A stretch of DNA of 64,000 nt from Eledone cirrhosa (GCA_964016885.1 OZ024740.1:177010001-177074000), one strand, 5' to 3'; shown: positions 39,519 to 53,879, numbered from the stretch's first letter. Program-made: numbers and translations. The notes: generated by a model from the sequence alone, not told the origin.

Positions 39519-42198
39519 CTAATGGATACAATTTACACTACTAGAACCTTTAGGTTTATAATAAAAGTAAGAATTTGAAATGGCGTGGGGGCAAGAAGAG
39601 AATATCTCAGACTTTCTATTAAGTAAGGTTTCCCTAGAGAAAATTATAGAGTGGGTCTCAAGGATACAGAGATTACAAAATTTAGTATGAGTTGAAACGT
39701 TATTAGAGTGTGCTACTATTCGCCAATTAAGGCTATATGGTATATTATCCCCCCTAAGATCCCAGATATGGTGTGCTAAAGAAGTAGAATTCTTAAACTT
39801 AACATGTTTAAAATTAGAGATATGAGAATTAAACCTAGTCTTAAAAGTGTTAGATGTAGAGCCTATATATGTACTATTAGAGGAATTTGTTTTAACTACA
39901 CAAGCGTAAACGATGTTCTTAGAGAGGCAGTTACCGTTTAAAGGGCAATTAACACTCACTCTATAGTTACACTCCGGGTGCTATTGATCGGCTGAAGTAG
40001 TGATGCATCACTCGTAGGGTTACTATCAGATAAGGTCTGCTCAGGTGGTAAGGTATTTATGGATCTATTCGGACTAGTAGTACGTAGAGAGGAGTATCCA
40101 TCCCTAATTTTCACTTTGTTAGTGCTAGCTAAATGAGAACTAATATTAGGGGTGGTAGAGAATGAAAGTTTAATTACATTTTTATTAAAAATACTATGGT
40201 ATTTATTAGTAGGAGGGAAATTTTTCTCTAAGATAGAAAAGAAAGACCTAGGGATGTTAGTTAATACTTCCTGATTATATGGCGGGTTAAAATAAGTATT
40301 TAGTCTCCTTCTATTTTTATCCTTACCAACTCTACCGTTATCTAATATCCCCTTATTAAGATTTGGGTTACTACAAGGACTAGTTAAAACCACATTATTA
40401 GAATCAGCCGAAACTCCATTAAGTCTCTTTTTGTTTCTACCATTAGTATATCTGCTGCTATCTGGAAGTATATCAAAAGGATTAGGGCTAATAATAGGAT
40501 CAGTAGAAACAACACTATTAGAATTAGATTTAGCAAAAGCATTACTACTGAGTAAGCGCTCAGAGGGCTCGACTTGATTCCGAGAAGTATTAGATTCCCA
40601 ATTACGAGTCCGGTGGCTTAACTTATGGATGGGTTCAGATACACATATGTGATTTCTACGATTCTTATGCTTTCTACTCCCATTCATGGTCATATTAAGG
40701 GATATTATGTTATTATTATTATAAGTAAGCGGAGACTTTCTAAGGTTACTATTATTATAATGTATTTTACCAGAGTAACCGGAATTAGCTAGGGCATTAT
40801 TATAGTACTCTGCATGTGCATTAAATGTTCCTACGTCCTTAGAGAGTGTGGAAATCCTATTAGATACACCATTAATTATAGAGCTTATAATAGATTTAGG
40901 GTGGTTAGAATTGGGACTAACATAAGAGAGTATTTCATTAGGCTTATGGAAGGGTTTAAAACTATTAGTGACCAAGTCCAAAGTCACATCCCAAAAGTTG
41001 ACCGCTCTATCATTTCTATCTATCGTGATCGAAAGGTTATAGCTTTTAAAAAACTTATAAAGCTTCTTCTTATTATGCTCGACGTTGTTGGTGCTAGAGT
41101 TAATCACAAACAATGCATCGTCACGATAAAGTCCGCCTTTAAGGTGCGGAAAGGTAACATATAGTTCGTTTAGGAGGAACAGCCCAACAAGATCAGTTAC
41201 CTGGGCCGAATCACTCGAACCCATTGTAACGTCGAAATTGTTGGGCGTGTTTTTACGGGTCCAAAATGTATCCTCAAAATTAATGATAGTTCTACGGGCT
41301 GCTAGTATAATACCTACCTGTGATCGTGTAAGGCTGGACACTCTCATAGCCAACATTAAGGCTTTGTTAAGGAGGATGGGTGAAATCGATGTGTAATAGG
41401 CATCAATATCGAACTGGATAAACCTACTCGATTCAAGTTTATCAATACCAGAGAACCAATCTATAACCTCCTTAGTGTTCCCCCATAGGTTAAAATTAAC
41501 CTTCTACCTAACATCTGGTATAATAAGGTCAAGGATTTTCTTACTACTATGGCTATATCAGACTTAGAAGGACAGATAAGTCTAACAGAGGGATTACTAA
41601 TGAAGTCTACCTTATGATCCTTAAGAGTGAATCTCGGTTCCCTAGGGTAATATGGCTGGGTATACTTATCAAGGCCAAGGTCCGAGACTATCTTAAGACC
41701 CTCACTATTGATATGGCTCAAATTATCCTGCGTAGTCTTTTTATAATTTCTATGTAGCTTCTTATAAATAAAATTACGGTAAGCACTGTAATCCATAGAG
41801 TATAGATTCTTAGTCTTATCAGCCGGGACAAGAATAGACTTATTCTCTCTAAAACCCTTAACAATATTTTTAAGTCTAGACTGGAACCTGTCAAACTTAT
41901 AATTTCCATGTCTATTATATGGCCTATACTTAATATTTTTGACAAGGGAAAGTAAGTCATTTTCAAAATTATTCAATAGAACATTATGTGGTGGGCTCTT
42001 ATAAGTTTTGAAGCCAAAGTTATTGAAATGAGTTCTATGCTTGGGGTCAGTCCTATTCCTATTAATATCATAGTGGAAAGCACGCCATCTAATCCTTTTT
42101 ACGAAGGAGTTAACACTAGCTATTAAGAGTTTTTCATAAGTATTTCTAGAGGGGATGGGAATATTCTTCAGAGATAAAGGCAGGTAACTCTTTGTTAG
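39519..42198 (-). mobile_element. Near-full-length Penelope-like element ORF (RT + C-terminal GIY-YIG, probably Hydra clade), frameshifted
   Basis: N-terminal SLKNIPIPSR..FVKRIRWRAF, FGFKT, VPADKTKNLY. RT motifs FDIDAYYTSI, FDVTMGSSDSAQVTDLVG, GLYRDDAL, FWDVTLDL. Thumb/linker FNPPYN. Endonuclease CPLNGNCL..IVY..YIGST..FKTRF..H, CNLCILE, LLNRKSE..CPH. At least two frameshifts (about 41540 and about 39980). Confidence 0.9.
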
Positions 42199-42300
42199 CG
42201 TACAGTGTTTAGGCAACCACGTCACCTTTTTTGTTCAACACTGACACAGGAACGATGTACTAATCACAAAAAGGTGACGTGGTTGCCTAAACACTGTACG
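42199..42300. repeat. ~35-bp inverted repeat (102-bp hairpin) capping the PLE 5' end
   Basis: CGTACAGTGTTTAGGCAACCACGTCACCTTTTT(T)GT ... ACAAAAAGGTGACGTGGTTGCCTAAACACTGTACG. Confidence 0.85.
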
Positions 42301-42538
42301 GCGTAATTCAGGCTGTTTGTTTGTTTACAAACGAACAAACCGAGCATTATAATAAATGTTCGGTAAACTGATACGTGCATATATATATGTGTGCCTGTAT
42401 GTATATATACATGCTACTGTACGTCTGTATACATATATGTATGTACGTATACATACATACTTACATTTAAGTAAGTGCCGTACTAAGAGTGAGAAATGAA
42501 ATTTCGTTTCATTCTATTCCATATATATATATATATAT

Positions 42539-42614
42539 ATAATTTTGAGATAGAGCGTTCGTGATGTTTGCTCTGATCTGAGCAAACATCACGGACGCTC
42601 TATCTCAAAATTAT
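42539..42614. repeat. ~35-bp-arm palindrome at the start of a (TA)n-flanked insert
   Basis: ATAATTTTGAGATAGAGCGTTCGTGATGTTTGCTC-TGATCT-GAGCAAACATCACGGACGCTCTATCTCAAAATTAT. Confidence 0.85.
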
Positions 42615-42831
42615 TTTTGAAAAGCATTTAGAAATGCGCAACCAGTAAAACTTAAAACCAAAACTGATTACCAACCAATACAATTACTAATTCTCATTTA
42701 TTCCTAATTAAACTATTTTTCACTGTGAACAATTTGTCAGCATTTTCTATTCCGTTTACCAATATATAATAACTTGTGTGTTACAACTCTATTCTTTTAA
42801 CTATATATATATATATATATATTTATATATG

Positions 42832-43097
<266 letters not shown>

Positions 43098-44166
43098 TGT
43101 ATGTGTGTGTGTGAGTGTTATGTGTGTGTTTGTACAGTGGCGGACTGGCCAGGTCGTCAGCACACCTGGTGGCAGGTGGACCCCTCGGGGACCACGATAG
43201 TTCTTTGGGAGCCAATACATAAAACGCTGCGTTCAGAGAAAATATCAGAAGTCCATATATATACGTATTATAATCAGTAGAACATAACATAGAACATGAA
43301 CCAGTATGACCAAATATTAAGTGTTACAGTTGCTTAGAGAGATGATATGTGATATATGTGTAAGTCAAAATGTTAAACTGCTCACACACTATTCTCACAC
43401 AATTGTCTCTGTAGCAGTACCAAGGTCTATTTATTAAAATGTGTCATTGTGCACATACGGAAGTTCAGTTTCAACGTATATATAACCGTAAATTCAGTCA
43501 AAAGACGAGTCAAAAATACAGTCGAGATGAAGTGATTTCTAGTACCAGGTATTTCCAAGGTGTGTTCACAATCTCTGTTTCAAGCCCCTCCCTGATCATA
43601 GTTCATCCAATTTAAGGTGAGACTTAACACCGTGTTGTAACTACGAATGCTTTGATAAAATTCAGGGCTGGTTCGCATCAAATTCCATAATGATGGAGTT
43701 TAAAACGTTCGTGTTAGTATAACATTTTCATTGGCATAATCAAGTTGAATTTTGGATTTTGAATATTTGAGTTAAATTTATGCTCTTCTGTACTTAGATA
43801 TACTTGTCTTTGAAAACACATCATTTCCATGCGACGAAGCAGTTAATTCTGGTTCTCTCCGCTCCTTTTCCTCTTCTATATCATCATGAAATCATAAGAA
43901 TAGATGAGAAGTTAATATCACTGCTAATCGATCAGACATACATACATTTGTGTTAGTAAATCTTCGAGCAGTTCGTAGAGTTATATCTTCATGAGCGTAC
44001 ATCTTCAGCTTGTGGAATTGCTAACTCGTCGTCTTTTCCTGCCGTTTTTACAATGATCTTTTTAAATACACCTACACAGACACATGCGTGCATATATATA
44101 TATTGTTATGGGTAAACAGAAATAACAACCCAAACGGGGTGTTATTTTTGTTTACCTTTTACACAC

Positions 44167-44280
<114 letters not shown>

Positions 44281-44532
44281 GAGGTCGATGAAAAAAGTAC
44301 CAGTCCAGTAATGGGGTCGATTCTTCCTCTATAGAAAAAATTGGCTGTGTTCAGACCTAGAGGGTTGGGCTCCGCCAGGTTTAAATGTGCCCTAGACACG
44401 CTGTTTGACGGTGCATCTACGACTCCACAAGGAGTTATGGGATTTTTATCAATATTATATATATATATATATACACAATTCTCAGCCATTTTGAATTCGT
44501 TTTTGGCGGGGGCCACTTGTCCTAGCGAGTTT

Positions 44533-44611
44533 GTCCCCTGAAGAGCTCTAAACTCGAGATTTATCCTTAATAGGATATCTCGAAATGAGAGCGAAACCCA
44601 TGGGTCGGGAT
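44533..44611 (+). ncRNA. Type I hammerhead ribozyme, intact, with long stem II
   Basis: GTCCC-CTGAAGA-GCTCT..TCGAGAT..ATCCT TAAT AGGAT ATCTCGA..AGAGC-GAAA-CCCATGGG-TC-GGGAT, with a 10-nt palindromic stem III ACCCATGGGT. Lies in a (TA)n-flanked insert of about 44474-44912. Confidence 0.88.
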
Positions 44612-44913
44612 TTAGTGATTTAATCCTGGTATGTATATAAGCATTTCTAACTTTAATTTTATACCTAATTGTGTATGGTTGACCGTATATTTAATTAATT
44701 TCCACGTGCTGTTTGAAATGTTGGGTAAATATTCTATAGCAGTTGGCAGCGAAGACGCCGCTGTCGAGTATTTATTTACTGTTTCTTCATAGGTGCCTTT
44801 TAATCTTAAAGCCTGGTCTAATTGATTTTTTGTGTTGTTAATTATGCTAATTGGGAGAAGAAATGATGTATATATATTATCAAATAGTTCTCTGGACATG
44901 CTTTACTTTATAG

Positions 44914-44973
<60 letters not shown>

Positions 44974-45128
44974 GAAAACAAGGACAGGTCCTTCTATTCA
45001 GTCAATTTCTGAAAATCCTAAATGTAAGTATATATACATCTACTTCCACCAACCGTGAACCTAATATAACTGTGTAAACATTGTCTCTGTTGTGTTTGTT
45101 TCATTTATTAACTATATAGAACATATAT

Positions 45129-45318
45129 AATTGTTTCTACTTTTGGCACAAGGCCAGCAATTATCCCAGTGTATTACTACTACTTTATTTTATCGACCCG
45201 TACGGATGAAAGGCAAAGTTAACCTCGGTGGGATTTGAACTCAGAATGGGAAGGGCCGTAAATTTATGCGTCAAAGCATGGCGTCCGACCCTCTACCGAT
45301 ACTGCCAATCCACCGCCC
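45129..45318 (-). mobile_element. tRNA-derived SINE
   Basis: Full-length reverse complement of the family consensus. Confidence 0.85.
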
Positions 45319-45332
45319 TTATATACATATAT

Positions 45333-45617
45333 AATGGAACTTCGGTTCACATAAAACATCGCAAGTGATGAACGGTGTTTCTAGCAACAAACATACAAGC
45401 CAGCAACAACAGTTGGTGATAAGCTGAGAGTAACGGTGGGGTAACGTCACTTGCTGTGAAGTTATTTACTATGGTGATATCTGTTTTTACACAGTTTCTC
45501 GCTCACTGTATTTCTCTCTCAACATATCGTATGGAAAAAAAAGTTTCGGCTTACGAACATTTCGGGTGACGAGCGGCCTTCAAGAAAGAATTACTTTTGT
45601 GAACCGAGTTTCCCCTG
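45333..45617. mobile_element. MITE, pogo/Tigger-like termini
   Basis: Imperfect TIRs GGAACTTCGGTTCACA / TGTGAACCGAGTTTCCCCTG in a TA context. Confidence 0.55.
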
Positions 45618-45631
45618 TATATATATACATA

Positions 45632-46431
45632 CTAGCATTAAAGCCCGGCGTTGCTCGGGGTCAGTAAGTTACCAAAGTTAGGTTGCACCACCCATTTTAT
45701 GGCAGCACTTTTTTGTCTGCCAGGCACTGGGTGAATGAATTGCAGACCTGGACTGCCGAAGCAGGAGCTGCGCCAGCAGAGACAACTATGGATATTATCT
45801 CTGTGCAAAGAAGTGTTGAAATTTATTGTTTCACAGTACTTGCGTAACACGCGCGTAGACGATGCCAGTCGAACAACAGAGCTGCGATTGAGTTGTTCTG
45901 CATGGTTGTCTAATGTGTGTTTTCTAAATTTAAGACAGTAGGGTGGGGGTGATATGGAGGAGAGTTAGCTGCTGTTTCTAGCAGGTTTAGTGACCTACTA
46001 GAGGATATGTGTTTTCTAAATTTAAGGCAGTAGGGAGGGGGTGTGATATGGGGTTGAGTTAGCTGGTGTTGCTAGCAGGTTTAGTGACCTACTAGAGGAT
46101 ATGTGTTTTCTAAATTTAAGACAGTAGGGAGGGGTGTGATATGGGGGAGAGTTAGCTGCTGTTTCTAGCAGGTTTAGTGACCTCATAGAGGATATTATTG
46201 TGTATAGTAAATAAACTGATACTTCTTTCTTCCACGTTTGTTGAGAGATGTTTTAAAAAAGATTTATCGCTTTTTTTTTTTTGTTGTTGAATAAATTTAT
46301 CTGTTGCTTTTGAATAATTGTTGTTTCGTATAAAATGAAATAAGTTCTCTTCGTTGTCATTGAAGTAAATACATGTTTGACCGTTCCACACTCAAAAACA
46401 AACGTTCTCTCTCTCCGTCACTCTCTTCTCT

Positions 46432-46487
<56 letters not shown>

Positions 46488-46742
46488 TCATTTCTTTCTC
46501 TCTTCTTTCTTCGGGGTTCCTAAAGGAAGTTTGTAAGTTTAAGCGTATATAAGAGAAAGTTGCAGCATGTATGTAGTTTTATCGAATTTTAAGGGGAGTA
46601 GAGAGAGGGAATCAGATTGTATTAGAGGAGTAAAGCGTTATGTATTTAGTTTTATCGATTATTTACGTAATTGTGCTAATGTATAAACATGGAACATGCA
46701 CACACACACACACAACAACAATCTGCCTTTTATAGATAATGA
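45632..46742 (-). mobile_element. Non-autonomous Helitron
   Basis: The minus-strand 3' end has the GC hairpin CCCGAGCAACGCCGGG, ~8 nt, then CTAG followed by T. The 5' end is A/TC...TCTATAAAAGGC followed by (TG)n. Contains an internal minisatellite. Confidence 0.7.
45913..46195. repeat. ~94-bp minisatellite, 3 copies, inside the Helitron
   Basis: TGTGTTTTCTAAATTTAAGRCAGTAGGG...TAGCAGGTTTAGTGACCT...AGAGGAT repeated three times. Confidence 0.9.
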
Positions 46743-47417
46743 TATATGATATATATATATATGTTTGTAGTGCAGTCTAGTTTTCTACAAATGCTGGAGG
46801 AAAATATATGTGGATCACTTATACGCAGTGTACACAGCAACAATAACTAATATAAATGTATATAGACATGTGTATATTGGGTTGTATGTTTGTGTGCGTG
46901 TATTTGTTTGGGTGCGTACGTTTAAGCACGCGCGCGCGTGCGTGGATGTGTGTGTGTGTGTGTGTGTCAAATCATTAAGTCAAATCATTAAGGAAATACT
47001 AAGTTGTCGGGTAAAGTAGTAGAGTTTAGACCCAGATTCTCACATAGCAGGTGTGAGGCAATTTCACATCTCGGAAAGGACATTAATATATTTCTTGATA
47101 GTTCCCACAGATTATGACTGCTACTTAATGATATCATTGCTCCCAACCACTCACTTTCCTATGGTCATGTCAAAAAGCGCACCAAATTCATCATTCGCCG
47201 CACTATCAGACGCACACTCACCCACATATATATATTCACACACAAATATACACACACAGACACATGCAGACACACATGTACATACACACTCACACAGACA
47301 CGCACGCACACACACACACACGCACACACACATGCACATATAAACATTCATATATTCACACGCGCATGTCAATAAAAATTATTTCACGTCACTAAAACTT
47401 CTTAAGCTTTCTAGATC

Positions 47418-47452
<35 letters not shown>

Positions 47453-47483
47453 CTCTCATTCTCTCTCTCTCTCTCTCTTTCTT

Positions 47484-47518
<35 letters not shown>

Positions 47519-47583
47519 ATATATATGTGTGTGTGTGTGTGCATATGTATATTTGTATATATATGTATGTGTATATATGTATG

Positions 47584-47626
<43 letters not shown>

Positions 47627-48183
47627 TGTTATACTTGGGGAGGGTCATATTTGCGTAATATTGCCAGAATTAATAACAGAACACACTCACTGTTTGGTTG
47701 GTTTTCGCTTCTCGCTGTCTTTTATATCTGCGATCTAACTTACTCGGTCCTCAATGTTGCCATTTACTGACCGACGGTCAAAAATAATACAGATACAATA
47801 TAGACACTAACACATATATATAGTTTACATAATCTACATAAATCTTTCGTTGCACATCTGCAACATCGTCAGTGGTGTTATATTTTTTCCTCCTGTTGTG
47901 TTGTATGTCTACGCCATTTTTTATTCAGTCTGTCTATATATTTATTTATTTGCTTGTTTGTTTATTTTATTTTGTCTTCTTTGCGCATGCGTTTGCGTGT
48001 GTGTATAGTGTTATGTTTGCTGTGTGACTAGTGTGTATAGTGTTGTGTCTGCTGGGTGACTAGTGTGTGTTTATGTGCTTGTTGTTATTGTGCTTGTGTA
48101 TGTATTTATTTATCTTATTTTATTTTATTTTATTTTACGATTTCATATAAAAAACCTCGCTAAACTAATTCATCGCCGCTATT

Positions 48184-48347
<164 letters not shown>

Positions 48348-49799
48348 CATATACATATATATAAATGAAGCAGCCAAAGTGAAGTTTTTCTCAGAAAATA
48401 AAATGATAAAATCTACCTACAACGGTTTCGACGATGAGTATTCAACTTGTTTGATCAATGGAAGAGCCTGTTCATGAAAGTTGAATGCAGCTGGCTGAGA
48501 ATTCCAGACACGTGTATCCTTAATGCAACTCTCAAGGAGATTTTACTGAAACAAATTATTATTCATTGGGTAATGATTAATCATGTTAAATTATCTCATT
48601 TAGGCACGTCGGGTAGTGGTGTTGTTTTCGATTCCTGCACCGAGTAGTGCGTAATATTCTCGAGAAAGACACTCCCAATTCATGTTCCCTTTCAGGGTAG
48701 ACTGGGGTCACCTTCATTAAAATATCCAAGAAACCTTCAATGAAATGCAACCTCGTATGAGATCTACTAAAAATATTAGCTGCAACTTTTATTTTTTCAT
48801 TTCGATTATCTCCTTTAAACGTAGACTCTCATAAAACATTTTAAAACTGTTAAATTTAATTTTGAAATTCTTACATTTTTTAATATAAATAGAATAATAA
48901 TTTTGAATTTCCTACAGAGAGATTAATGCATCCTCTACAATAAAATCATTTAAAATACAAGTCAAAAGCAATTACAAATCATAGTTTTCAATTTCAATTC
49001 ATTCCGATGACGAGTGTTCTTGTTTATCAAACAATATACAAGCCTGCTCGCGACACTGGCATGCAAATCTCTGTAGATCCTTCATCTTTTTTTGTGGTGG
49101 TGGTGGTGGTAGTGAAGAGCAAGACATTGGTTGTATGTAGGTATTTAAAACCAAACTGTTGAAATATCCCCTTAGTCTAGATGGAGAGTTTGAAAACTTT
49201 GGCAATCTACAGTGATAGATGTGGCATGTATGTGAGATGCTGATCTTAGCAGTCGTTGTTTAACAGCTAGTATATTCTAGCTAGAACGTCGGATAGAATG
49301 ATCTGCTGTATTCGTTTCGGCTCTCTGCTGTCTGAGTTCAAATCCCCTCCCTCGCCTGTTAACCTTGCCTTTCATCCATTTGAGGTCGATAAAAAGTGAC
49401 TGTAAAGTACTGGAGTAGATTTTTCCTTTATATCTCTTTCTCACTTCCATTCACTTACTCTTTATACTTCTCTAGAAGAAATCTGGTGTATTCAGACCTG
49501 GAGAGGATTAGGCCTCATTAGGTTTAAAACTGCCCTAGAAAAGCCACTTGTTAATACGGTGCCACTCCAACTCCCCCATGAGTTAGTGGGCGATATATGC
49601 ATGTACGTTGCATCATCATACAACTTCATTTACTGTTCTATATTTGTAAAGTCATAATAGCAATTGATAATAGTTGCCTATATAACAAGTACCATATGTG
49701 ACAGAGCTACTACAAACAACAACAGTGGCGCCAACAAAATTTCTTTGAAGGTCTTCCTTTGAGAGAGAAACATTGGCTGCATTTTTCTTGCTGAAACAA

Positions 49800-49875
49800 T
49801 GTAGTTTGTGATATTATTCCAAGATCAATTTTATTGAAGGGCTTTGCAAAACCGAGATATATCTCATCCACATGT
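49800..49875 (-). pseudogene. Old CR1/L2-type RT remnant
   Basis: VDEIYLGFAKPFNKIDLGII resembles the CR1 motif VDVIYLDFAKAFDKVDHGI. Short and degenerate. Confidence 0.45.
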
Positions 49876-49949
49876 ACACATACATAAATACATACATGCA
49901 TGTATACTTACGCACATATATACATTCGTGCATACGAACATGTATATGA

Positions 49950-50024
<75 letters not shown>

Positions 50025-50037
50025 GGTGTGGGTGTGT

Positions 50038-50082
<45 letters not shown>

Positions 50083-50376
50083 CAAACAATGGCTTGCCTA
50101 TGACATTAGATCACTTAAACTATCGTTATTGCTTTCCTAATGTCCATATTTAATCACTGTACGATTTTTTATTACTTTTTAATAGGGATACAAAGAATGA
50201 GTTCAACAGAAGGAAGCCAGTAAAATTTTTAAACCGTACAAATGTTAGTGCGTTTGTGTATGAGAGTGCTGTAAGTGTGTGCACCTGCATATATACATAC
50301 ACTCACTCAAAAACGCAGTTACACACACACACACTACCACACACATATGTATGTATAAATATATGTATATACATAG

Positions 50377-50447
<71 letters not shown>

Positions 50448-50451
50448 CATA

Positions 50452-50526
<75 letters not shown>

Positions 50527-50549
50527 CTATATATATATGTATATACATA

Positions 50550-50646
<97 letters not shown>

Positions 50647-50692
50647 GTATACATGTATATATATATATATAAATATATACATATATACATAC

Positions 50693-50745
<53 letters not shown>

Positions 50746-50962
50746 ATTTATCACAGATGCAAATGACGTTTACAGCACCAACTCTGCTTCATTCGTTTGA
50801 CGGAATTCAACCTGTAGAAGTAATTTTCATTTGCATTAAAGGATATACCCTCTAAACTTCATGTATTGAATATGTTAACTGCCGTCTCTGTCCGTCGTTC
50901 CTCTACAGTGTAGAGCTCCCCAAAGTATGGTGTAGAGTCTACACAATACTATTCTCTCCACA

Positions 50963-51083
<121 letters not shown>

Positions 51084-51116
51084 ATGTATATATATGTATA
51101 TATATATACATATATA

Positions 51117-51168
<52 letters not shown>

Positions 51169-51268
51169 GTGTGTGCGCGTGCGTACAGGAATATACATAT
51201 ATACACACATAAGAAACACAAATATACATACACTCGGTACACTCGGAACTCTCTCGCTGTATATGTAT

Positions 51269-51344
<76 letters not shown>

Positions 51345-51734
51345 TTATATGTGTGTATTTTTTTATTTTCTCAACGTGCGCTGCTTCTAATGTGTGTCAA
51401 TTTCACATTTTAAGATCTGGGTGTACATATGCGTTTAAAACAAAGTCTTTAATTGACACCCTGATATGCAAATTCAAGAACTATAATGGATACTAGGTAT
51501 ATGCATAATAAATTAGGACTCAAGCATTAAGGCACTGCGTAGTCTACTTTACACCACTTACTGATTCTTCATAGATATAAAATCTTAACGGTCAAATATT
51601 TTGAAAACCAGCAACGTCAACATTATATTTAATACAATTTACTTCGAAACAAAGATATTCCCTTAAATTATTTTTTCGCTGTACAAGAATTAATATTTCC
51701 AACACTGGATGTGTCAATAAAAATTAAATGAAAT

Positions 51735-52731
51735 TGTTTTGTTTTGTAGACATCGAAAATACATATGACCGCGTTCCTAGGGACCTGCTGTGGAAGATTC
51801 TGCAGGAGTATGGGATCTTGCGGCCCTTGTGTCTCTAAACGAATGCCCGTGTACTTGTGATCAGATAGATGGTACTAAATCGAAGCTATTTAGTGTGGGA
51901 GTCGGACTCCGCCAAAGCTGCTCACTGTCACCTCTCATTATTTTCATAAACATGTTTGATATGCGCAACCGGGTTGGACGTGGTAACATGACTGGCAGGT
52001 GTAAAATCAGTCGGCTAGAACTTGCAGACGACATGGTGTTACTTAACTCAACAGAAGATGATCTTCGACTTGAACTTGATAGGTTTGATAACGAGTGCTG
52101 CATGGCCGGAGTGAAAATCTGTGCTGCGAAAGCTGAGACACTCGTTCTCACAAGGAAGACTACGCAGTGCACTCTCCATGTCAATGGAATTCCACCGAAA
52201 CAGGGGCCGTGTTCACGAGTGATAGAAGGCAGGAGGCTGAATTAAGTGCAAGAATTGCAGCAGCTGATGCAGTGATGCGCCAGTTTCAGCATTCAGTAAT
52301 CAGAAGAAGGGAGGTAGGATAAAAGCCAAACCCACTCTTCAGTTCGGTATTCGTGCCAAACCTTACATATGGTCATGAATCTTGGGTAATGACCGAAAGA
52401 ATACGATCGCGAATACAAGTGGCCGAAATGGGTTTCATCCGAGGGGTCTTTGGAGTAACGTTACTCTATAGAGTGCGTAGTTCGTAGATCAGGGAGTCAT
52501 TCAAGGATGAACCGCTACTTCTCGCTACTGTGAGAGATCACAGTTCCGATACTTTAGGCATGTGGTTAGAATCTTTCAGGAAAGAATCGCTGGACAGATA
52601 ATAGGGCAAACAAAGCGGCAGGAGACCTAATGGTAGACTCCGAACAAGACCCCGAACAAGATGGTTGGATAACATCTATGAGCTTGGCTGGTCTCGCTTG
52701 GGGATCCAGCCAGATCAGTTGAATTCTATCT
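51735..52731 (+). mobile_element. Degenerate RTE (BovB-like) LINE fragment
   Basis: FVDIENTYDRVPRDLLWKILQEYG, VGLRQSCSLSP, LELADDMVLL, YGHESWVMTERIRSRIQVAEMGF, RWLDNI, with several frameshifts. Confidence 0.82.
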
Positions 52732-53476
52732 GAAAAATTGTTGCCAATTCCTGTGCTCCTCTGTGAATTTGTTTTCTATATGTTATGGTTTTTTGACATA
52801 ATTTAAGTCGGGATATACAGCTTTTATAGCTGGGACTTTATAGAATGGCATAATCAGTTACAGTGTTGTGTTGTTGCTACTGTTATTACAATGGAGACTA
52901 CAGTGGTGGATATGCAGAATCATTAAAGCATGAGTTAAAATGCTTCGTGGTATTTAGTTACGTCTTTTTACGGATCAAACCCGGCTCTAATTAACGTTGC
53001 TTTTCATGCTTCCTCTGTCGATAAAATAAAATACTAAGCAAATGTTAGGGTCAATTTAATCAACACCCTCTACCAACAAAATTGCTGGCTTCACCCTTAA
53101 AATAGAAACCATTGTTATTATTGAAATATGTTGTCGGAAATCATCTATCAACTGAGAGAGAGAGAGAGAGGGGGAGGGGGCGGAGATAGAAAGAATCTGG
53201 TGGTTCTATCTTTTATACAAGAAGGCGATGTCATGCTCTGTTTGTAACATTTGGTAGGTTTTTGCCAAAATTATTCGTGCGCCTACATAAATATAGCCAT
53301 TGTTTCGTACAATAACAAACTAATTATATACGATTTCGCAACAAATATATATCATTTCCAAAACTGTATATATTATTATTAGTTTATTTTGCTTCAATAT
53401 CCAGTTAATAAACGTCACAGAAATGGATAAAGATCCCGAACTACTAGTATTTCTTTTACACGGTTACTGACATAGC

Positions 53477-53671
53477 CAGACCTGTCAATCTTCTGCGTCC
53501 GATGGGGAGATCTCCCACCCACTTTGGGGTAAGTGAGAGATGTTTTCTCTTGTGAAAATGAGTATAGCTTTCATTATGTAAAATCTCCCCACTTTGCCTC
53601 ATTTCTCCCCGTTTTGGGGTTCTTTTTTTCATGGTACTCCCCGTTTGGGTTTTTAGAGGTTGACATTTCTG
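53477..53671. mobile_element. ~195-bp MITE (hAT-like CAG...CTG termini)
   Basis: TIRs CAGACCTGTCAA / TTGACATTTCTG. A second copy at about 35272-35636 is interrupted by a SINE. Confidence 0.6.
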
Positions 53672-53879
53672 TATAGCTGTGGTATAATCACCGCTTAAAA
53701 TCATCAAATCGAGATTTATTTACATTTATCATACATATATAAACCCACTGCATAGGATGAAACATACGCATCTATTATAAACATCCTCATGCAGATATAC
53801 ATTTTATATACTACAAGTGATCAACAATCATTCTTATTTTGTCTGTGATGTCGCAAATTATTGTTGTTCTTACTGTTTT

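Noticed and set aside
43136-44060. hAT transposon (CAGTGGCGGACTGGCC terminus followed by a possible transposase remnant)
   Set aside because: I found no matching second TIR and could not read convincing transposase motifs.
48999-49205. 68-aa minus-strand ORF after a TAG acceptor-like site
   Set aside because: No recognisable homology, and it includes a short (CCA)n run. Insufficient support for an exon.
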